From the IMG/VR virus record IMGVR_UViG_3300020037_003256, positions 155,271 through 219,270 of that record: a stretch of 64,000 nt of DNA. One strand, written 5' to 3'. Source of the stretch: a virus. Taxonomy: Duplodnaviria > Caudoviricetes. Under the pieces are notes generated by a model. That model had not been told where the DNA came from. It saw only the letters and a list, made by a program, of their open reading frames with translations, and made no database searches. The position numbers and the translations under genes were made by a program. Positions 58,216-64,000 of the stretch are shown here, in pieces. Every line of letters starts with the position of its first letter. Position 1 is the first letter of the stretch.

Positions 58216-58539
58216 CTACACTCCATTCGTTGAGAACTCTTTAACCACGTAGTCAGCCTTCTTAATTTCAGAGGAACATCCGCGGTGGCGTGCCTCGTCC
58301 ACGGATTGTGCGGCCCAGCTTAAAACGTCTCTGCCGCTTGGGCTTCGCCAACCGTTTGTATCCGGTTGAAACGTTGCGATGGTTACGTCCGGTTTACCTT
58401 CCCCGTGCGGGTAAGGTTCTGCGGTAAGCTTCATGTCCATGGCACTGACGGAAGTAAAAGGTCCCAGCACCGTGACGTATGGCTCATCGCTATATGTCAG
58501 TGTGACAAGTAATAGACTAGCGGGGGCGGACTGTCGCAT
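58216..58539 (-). CDS. Hypothetical protein
   Basis: GGAG SD inside palindrome gtactccggagtac. Confidence 0.55.
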   Translation of the reverse strand: MRQSAPASLLLVTLTYSDEPYVTVLGPFTSVSAMDMKLTAEPYPHGEGKPDVTIATFQPDTNGWRSPSGRDVLSWAAQSVDEARHRGCSSEIKKADYVVKEFSTNGV

Positions 58540-58560
58540 AGCTGTACTCCGGAGTACCGC

Positions 58561-58584
58561 ATTTCAAAAAACGTTTTTTAGAAT
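58561..58584 (-). promoter_or_regulatory. Conserved 24-bp dyad motif, copy 6
   Basis: atttcaaaaaacgttttttagaat, directly after a stop codon. Confidence 0.75.
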
Positions 58585-60410
58585 CAAGTAGCACTTGCGA
58601 CGATACCGCACTGTCGCAGCACGCCTACGGCACCCGCGTACCCGTCTGACGCAGATCGCTTGACGGTGAAATACACCGTATCGCCCGGAGACACCGCAAA
58701 CGCAGCGCTTTCTGCCAACACGTACTGATTCGTTCCGGTTAGTGTTGCAACCGTAACGCACGTCAAAGAAGTCTCTGTTCCATCATTTGGTAACGTAAGC
58801 GGAGTACTTAGCCCGTTCGTCGGTGCAGGTACTATCCGATAGCTGAACGTCAGTTGCGGCAGTGTACCAACCGCACGACCAAGAATCACGAATCGCAGTT
58901 TCAGCTCTGGATCAGTTATAGCAAGATCGAATGGTACGTTAATCTTGCCACGGTACTCTCGTAGATCACCGGCGACGAATTCCAAATACATTAAAGGTGG
59001 ATCACCGTAATAGGCTTCCTCAGCACCGTCCAGACGTACGAGCTGTACGTCAAGTTCTTTGGAGTCTGCAGGATCGACAGACACGGCCACCAAACCTTGA
59101 TGCACCGTTCTCGCCACGCTTGCAATGGTTCTCGTAGCCGTAACTGTACCGGATAGGTTTACGTTACTAGATAACGAATACAAGCCTTCGATTACCGGGC
59201 CACGTTTGAATTCGCTTGTGCTGGCGTCAAAGTCCTTCAACGCAAGATAGCCAGTCTGGTCGTTCTTAACCACCAGGTTCAGATCTAGGTCAAGTTCCAG
59301 ATGCCCAGTGCTCGCAGGTAATGTCGGATCACCGTAGCATCGCACCTTTAGGCGAGCATCGCCGCTATGAAGACTTAGCACGACAGCGGAATCTGTTGCG
59401 AAGTTTACCCGAGTGAAATAGAGCCACAGTTCCATTTCCAGATGACGAGGACACTCAGCTCCGATAGAGTCCGAATAAGATTCTGAGTTGCCGCTGTCAT
59501 AGTCTACCGGCCACGGAACGTCACCATAGCAATTAGACATCCACCAGATACCGTTATGGTCAAGTACGGCCAGTCCACCCGTACCTAACGGTACAGTGGT
59601 CCCGCCTACGTCGGCTGACGTACCCTTATTCCAAACTAGTTCGGCGTAGTTGAGCGGTACAGGAGGCCACAGACTGCTAAGACTGCTGTGTGCGGAAAGG
59701 TTGTAACCGAATACAGCACCAGCGGGTGCCTTGCCTCCGAACACAGGATGATCGGCAGGTAGCCAGCCTGGCAGCAAAGCACTTGGGTCGCTGATCTGGT
59801 GCAGTCCGTCAACTGTCGGCTGCGTGTGCGAGCCGGCTGGCTTGCAAGTAAGCCGGAATCGGTGATGCGTATGCCGGTCCAGGTAGTCCACAAACTGCGG
59901 CTGCACAAACACCTTACCGTCTGGCGTCTGTCGAAGCACGGCAACAGATACCGGAGGTTTGCTCCGGGTAAGCTTACCCGGTGTAGCACTAGATAGGTAG
60001 TAAGTCCCGCTTGCTGCAGTTCCGTCTACCGTTGCTTGCGAGATATCGATGGTATCGACACCAAATAACAAAATGTCCGCTAGCGTTGCGTTATGTTTGA
60101 AAGCGACAATGCCCCAGACTTGTGCACTGCTTGACGTGGACACTATGCCGTTTACAGCGTCCGACTCGGCAATTGCAATGGCACGCGTGAACACTTTTGT
60201 GGTCGTGTTCAGATAGACGGCCATGCCGATCTTCACCTCGGCTTCGACCGTTACGCGTCTGGAATAAACGGTGGATCCGACCGCTGCAGCTTGTAGAACG
60301 TCCCAAATATATTTGGTGTTTTGGTCAAGCTGTCGCAGCGGTTTGTTTATAGCCCCAGACTGTACAGGCGCTTGTTCGCCAATGAGCTGTAGGAAATTTT
60401 CGAAACTCAT
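58584..60410 (-). CDS. Putative virion structural protein
   Basis: INKPLRQLDQNT (fibre N-terminus-like) and YYLSSATPGKLT (cement/fibre-like). Confidence 0.6.
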   Translation of the reverse strand: MSFENFLQLIGEQAPVQSGAINKPLRQLDQNTKYIWDVLQAAAVGSTVYSRRVTVEAEVKIGMAVYLNTTTKVFTRAIAIAESDAVNGIVSTSSSAQVWGIVAFKHNATLADILLFGVDTIDISQATVDGTAASGTYYLSSATPGKLTRSKPPVSVAVLRQTPDGKVFVQPQFVDYLDRHTHHRFRLTCKPAGSHTQPTVDGLHQISDPSALLPGWLPADHPVFGGKAPAGAVFGYNLSAHSSLSSLWPPVPLNYAELVWNKGTSADVGGTTVPLGTGGLAVLDHNGIWWMSNCYGDVPWPVDYDSGNSESYSDSIGAECPRHLEMELWLYFTRVNFATDSAVVLSLHSGDARLKVRCYGDPTLPASTGHLELDLDLNLVVKNDQTGYLALKDFDASTSEFKRGPVIEGLYSLSSNVNLSGTVTATRTIASVARTVHQGLVAVSVDPADSKELDVQLVRLDGAEEAYYGDPPLMYLEFVAGDLREYRGKINVPFDLAITDPELKLRFVILGRAVGTLPQLTFSYRIVPAPTNGLSTPLTLPNDGTETSLTCVTVATLTGTNQYVLAESAAFAVSPGDTVYFTVKRSASDGYAGAVGVLRQCGIVASAT

Positions 60411-60437
60411 AGTGTAAGCCTCCTTGCTTACGCCTAA

Positions 60438-61046
60438 TCAGCCTAGGGTGATCCGCCATTCCAGTCCGATTTGAGACGTAGAGAGTTTTGGTTGTTGCGT
60501 TTCTGTCGGGAAGTAGAAGCGGCTCAGCACAATGTCTTGTGTGTGGTCCGTGTCGTCCACGAAAGCTACCAAAGCTCCGCCAATGACCACGGAGTTGTTT
60601 GCGTCAGAGAACGGCTTACCATGTACACCCACAACACCAGAAGTTTGTGCAAAGAACGAAGGCTGGTTCCCTTTTGGGAACTTGAGTGTGTCTGAGCTGT
60701 TCAACGTTGCAGACACAAGCGGTACGCGTAGGTAATCCGAATCCGCGGAGTGAACCAAGCCGCTGTAATAGTCTACGCCGTCGTCCGGGTCCCGCGTAAA
60801 CGTGGGTATATCTGCAGGGTCACCTGGTGATGCTACGTTTACATATTCGAGGTACATTCCGCCAATGCCGTAATTCGTCCCTTTCCGCAGTAACAAGTTC
60901 GCGAAAATGGCACCCCATTCATACAGGAATGCATTGCGTTTGAAATCCGTAGTCGCTGCCCAAACCGGGTCTTGCTTACCTTCAGCAACGCGGTATGCAC
61001 GTACGTGGCCGACTAAGTAGTTGCCTGGAATGATTACATCTCGCAT
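60438..61046 (-). CDS. Putative baseplate/tail-collar protein
   Basis: C-terminal LSRFYF...K.....IGLEWRITL, typical of baseplate/collar proteins; structural context. Confidence 0.5.
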   Translation of the reverse strand: MRDVIIPGNYLVGHVRAYRVAEGKQDPVWAATTDFKRNAFLYEWGAIFANLLLRKGTNYGIGGMYLEYVNVASPGDPADIPTFTRDPDDGVDYYSGLVHSADSDYLRVPLVSATLNSSDTLKFPKGNQPSFFAQTSGVVGVHGKPFSDANNSVVIGGALVAFVDDTDHTQDIVLSRFYFPTETQQPKLSTSQIGLEWRITLG

Positions 61047-61057
61047 TTAATACTACC

Positions 61058-62581
61058 TCACACGCAGTAACCGCCGATCTGAAAAACTCTTACTTCTTCA
61101 GCTACGTACGTCTCTGGAAGTAAGGTTTCCGTAAAAGTACTTCCAAGGAACGTAGCTATGTCTTCCGCATATCCAGCTGTTGTTTCTGTACCCGGACTCA
61201 CCATCGTAACTGATTCAGCGAAGTCTTGCGACACAAACAGCAAACAAAGTGTCTGCGGAGGTACAAGACGTCGCAAGTGTCTCGCTGCGTGCATACCAAT
61301 TGCATCAGGCCCAAACGCTTGTGGTCGTACAACGATAGCGAATGCATTTCCACGGTAGATGTTTTCAATTAAGAATTTGGCCGGATTGATCGTTGCAGGT
61401 AGGTTAACAGCAGTCGGTTGTGTTGCCCGGTTCTCTCGCGTATCTAGACGCATAGCTAGCGTATCGTTACTAGCTACGCCTTGCGTATGTACACTTTCCC
61501 AGAAAGCTTCAATATCTGTGGGCCAGCCACCCAAGGCGAAACTTACTTTAGTGAAGCCGTCAACATCCTCTTCAACCACCAACGGAACTTGCTTATTTTC
61601 GAACACCAGTTCATTTAAGAAGGCGGCAGACAATGTTCCGCCGCCGAGAGAGATCGCCTGGATACTGTCTGGAAGTTGTCCGCAGTTAAAATCGAAAAAG
61701 GTCAGAGCATCTGTCATTGCCTGCCCCGGTATTAACTGCGTCCCCGGCGTAACGGTCACATTCGCAGCACGAGAGAACGCGTAAGCGTTGCTATCGGTAA
61801 TCACCCAACGCCCATGTGCGTCCGAAAGAACGTGCTGTACAGTCTCGTGTGTGACGGCTAAGGGTACGTCGCACACTGCGGACATAAACTGGTCTAGGCA
61901 CTTAGCGGACGTACCGGTCACCAGTCCGTCGAAAACCGCATTAACTAGATCCTTGTACGTGCGACTGGATTTTAGCTTTAGGTCCAAGGCGTATCCGAAC
62001 TGACGATACACGGTGTCCCAATCGTACTCCCCGGCATACACCCACAGATACAATACGCGATCTGTGACTTGCCCAGCCACAAACACTTGGGATATGTGCG
62101 CGTTCGGTAACGTGAATGGGTTCACGCAAAACGCGACTACGCCGTCTTGCAGCGTAAAGTCCGTGCCTCGTGTGAGCGTGAAATCGGCTCGTGTAATTTG
62201 GTTGGATATTACATTCGCAGAGACTAAGCCTGGCGGGGCAGGCCATGCAAACGTTGCGGACGGTAACGGCGTATCAAACTTGAGCCCGTCCGTAAAAGTA
62301 TAGGCACCGTCGAATTTGGGAAGATTAGAGCTGTTCAGCTCTGATTCTTTAAGTGTTAAGAGTGACCAGTTTTCCTTGTGAAATACAGGCACCTTAAACC
62401 GACTGAAAGACGCCAACAGCTCGTAAAGGTCCAACTGTGCCTGAGCTTGTTGCTGAGCTTTAGCGTGTAGTACCGAGGCGACTAGATCCGATCCGGCGTA
62501 GGTCTCCGACCAGAAACTGCCCACAACGGCAAGTAACCGTCTGGCGTCGTCCAATTCCTGCGGCCAAACGAATTGTGCCAT
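61058..62581 (-). CDS. Putative baseplate wedge-like protein
   Basis: Start reassigned to MAQFVW; FGYALD...YKDLVNA and HLRRLVPPQT; structural context. Confidence 0.5.
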   Translation of the reverse strand: MAQFVWPQELDDARRLLAVVGSFWSETYAGSDLVASVLHAKAQQQAQAQLDLYELLASFSRFKVPVFHKENWSLLTLKESELNSSNLPKFDGAYTFTDGLKFDTPLPSATFAWPAPPGLVSANVISNQITRADFTLTRGTDFTLQDGVVAFCVNPFTLPNAHISQVFVAGQVTDRVLYLWVYAGEYDWDTVYRQFGYALDLKLKSSRTYKDLVNAVFDGLVTGTSAKCLDQFMSAVCDVPLAVTHETVQHVLSDAHGRWVITDSNAYAFSRAANVTVTPGTQLIPGQAMTDALTFFDFNCGQLPDSIQAISLGGGTLSAAFLNELVFENKQVPLVVEEDVDGFTKVSFALGGWPTDIEAFWESVHTQGVASNDTLAMRLDTRENRATQPTAVNLPATINPAKFLIENIYRGNAFAIVVRPQAFGPDAIGMHAARHLRRLVPPQTLCLLFVSQDFAESVTMVSPGTETTAGYAEDIATFLGSTFTETLLPETYVAEEVRVFQIGGYCV

Positions 62582-62608
62582 ATTGCTACTTCCGTAAGGG
62601 TCTATGAT

Positions 62609-62634
62609 AAGGCGGGCGTAATTACGCCCGCCTT
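62609..62634. repeat. Perfect 26-bp GC-rich palindrome (hairpin)
   Basis: aaggcgggcgtaattacgcccgcctt. Confidence 0.8.
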
Positions 62635-62659
62635 GTAGCGTCAATAAGGCAGAAGCCTG

Positions 62660-63010
62660 TTAACGCCGGAAACGAATCGTAGTAGTTACTCCGCACCCGT
62701 TAGGCCCGCACACCGATGGCGCTAACGTAGAGAACGGTACGATTCGTGTCGTGTAGCCTGGTACTGTTGTGTACGTCGCAGGCACCGAAGCGTAAATCGG
62801 CGCAGCTTGCACAGTCGGTACAGGCTCTGCAGGTTTTTCGCTTGTTACCGCATTACCTTTTTGAAAGAGTTTCTCCAGCACAGCTACTCGATCTTCCAGT
62901 GCTGTGAGTCGATCATCCACGGTTACTGGGGGTGCTTTTAGCGACTGAGCTGATGCAACACCACCAGTGAACAGTAACACGGACAAGCTGAAAATTAACT
63001 GCTTCATCAT
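62660..63010 (-). CDS. Secreted protein with signal peptide
   Basis: MMKQLIFSLSVLLFTGGVASA|Q; coiled coil; CGPNGC; GGAGG SD. Confidence 0.7.
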   Translation of the reverse strand: MMKQLIFSLSVLLFTGGVASAQSLKAPPVTVDDRLTALEDRVAVLEKLFQKGNAVTSEKPAEPVPTVQAAPIYASVPATYTTVPGYTTRIVPFSTLAPSVCGPNGCGVTTTIRFRR

Positions 63011-63038
63011 CTTCCTCCGAGCAATAGAGTAGGCGAAA

Positions 63039-63968
63039 TTAAGCAACGCTGACGGTCATTGTGCGAATCGCAACAGAACCGTCTGGGACAGCTTTACTGG
63101 GCACAAGAATGCCCTCCCCGTTTTCGGACCAGCTGTCACCCCAGCTGTTCCAAATCCGAATACCAAAACCACCTGTGACATTGTCGCTCATGTCCCACAC
63201 AGCTTCGAACTCTTGAAGCGACACAAGCTTGCCTTCAGTGCTGCGGCAACTTTCAAAGGCTTTGGCTCCGTCCACCAAGTCCATACCGCACACACTATGA
63301 CCCCACCAGTTATAGTCACAGACAACTGGATGGCCAGTAAGCAAACAAGTAACAACTTGCTCCCAAGCAAGTTTACGGTCGTACTGTGCTGCGGCCAGAT
63401 CGATCCAACCCTCATCGACTCGGTGCAGCAACGCATTCTTCCACGTTTCTGCGTTGTCGTATCGTGGGTCAACGGCACGCTGCGGCCAATACTGCGAAGA
63501 CGGAATACCGTACTTCACCATGAAATCCACACCTTGCGCACCCCAACCGCCTTCATCGCGGAACCCTTTAATCTTGCAGGCCCCCGCATAGGCGGAAAGA
63601 TCGACGAATGGTTGATTGTCCCGAGCACGCACAAGTAAGCATGCACTGGTCCCAGAGTGAAACCAACAATACCCACGACCGTTTTGATCCGTAGACGGAA
63701 TACGTTGTCCGTTCTTACCGCGTTTGCGAATGTCGGATAACAAAGCACCGCCTTCTCGCAAAAGTTTCAGGCGAGAAGCCCACTCACTTTGTGGAATAGC
63801 CGTCAGGTCTACGGACCGCATTGCACCTTTGTGGTAGTAGCCCACTGGATGCGTATTGTAATCCCGGGGCACAAGACCGCGACGCGTCTTCGCTCCGTCG
63901 ATCGTTGGCTCGTTCCAGGCTTGTTCGTTCTGGTCCGTTACGATCAAAGCATTACCAAGCATGAACAT
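63039..63968 (-). CDS. Papain-like C1 cysteine peptidase
   Basis: DQNGRGYCW (Gln/Cys), WGHSV (His) and WNSWG (Asn). Confidence 0.88.
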   Translation of the reverse strand: MFMLGNALIVTDQNEQAWNEPTIDGAKTRRGLVPRDYNTHPVGYYHKGAMRSVDLTAIPQSEWASRLKLLREGGALLSDIRKRGKNGQRIPSTDQNGRGYCWFHSGTSACLLVRARDNQPFVDLSAYAGACKIKGFRDEGGWGAQGVDFMVKYGIPSSQYWPQRAVDPRYDNAETWKNALLHRVDEGWIDLAAAQYDRKLAWEQVVTCLLTGHPVVCDYNWWGHSVCGMDLVDGAKAFESCRSTEGKLVSLQEFEAVWDMSDNVTGGFGIRIWNSWGDSWSENGEGILVPSKAVPDGSVAIRTMTVSVA

Positions 63969-64000
63969 GTTACTTCCCCATTACCTTGTTGATAATCGCA

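Noticed and set aside
928-63992. Numerous plus-strand ORFs in the track
   Set aside because: They are antisense shadows of longer motif-bearing minus-strand genes; only 20596..22551 and 25918..27144 were accepted.
1-64000. Alternative genetic code, introns/inteins, reverse transcriptase/DGR
   Set aside because: Conserved genes read through intact in the standard code with all three stops used; no RT or intein motifs seen.

Overview
A 64 kb segment of a large tailed dsDNA phage (jumbo/huge-phage type), probably infecting Planctomycetota. The host call is inferred from two TIGR02996-domain genes, a stand-alone RNA polymerase alpha-CTD, a Planctomycete-type AAA/DUF1257/DUF2997 cassette and a Planctomycete-like C1 peptidase. 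Genes are tightly packed, and all but two (terminase large subunit and a KxA-rich protein) lie on the minus strand. In transcription order (right to left) the window holds: a papain-like peptidase and a secreted protein; baseplate/tail genes, including five paralogues with an N-x-x-x-x-Y-P N-terminus; a Cys-repeat/GYQ-collagen fibre next to glycosyl- and methyltransferases; a CpG-poor palindromic boundary at about 44.5 kb; a long run of small early-type genes; nucleotide and transcription helpers (RNase H, GNAT, dCTP deaminase, alpha-CTD); and a replication/recombination module (SbcD, SbcC, SF2 helicase, DnaB-like helicase, primase). Three unexplained signals stand out. (1) Two dispersed copies of a covarying hairpin-plus-terminator RNA element at 39.2 and 42.6 kb. 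(2) A 24-bp A-tract dyad motif repeated six times, all at gene junctions and in the same orientation. (3) An adjacent pair of genes resembling an IS110/Nop-type domain and a Cas7/RAMP fold, embedded in the recombination operon with no CRISPR array. All family assignments come from motif recognition by eye, not database searches.
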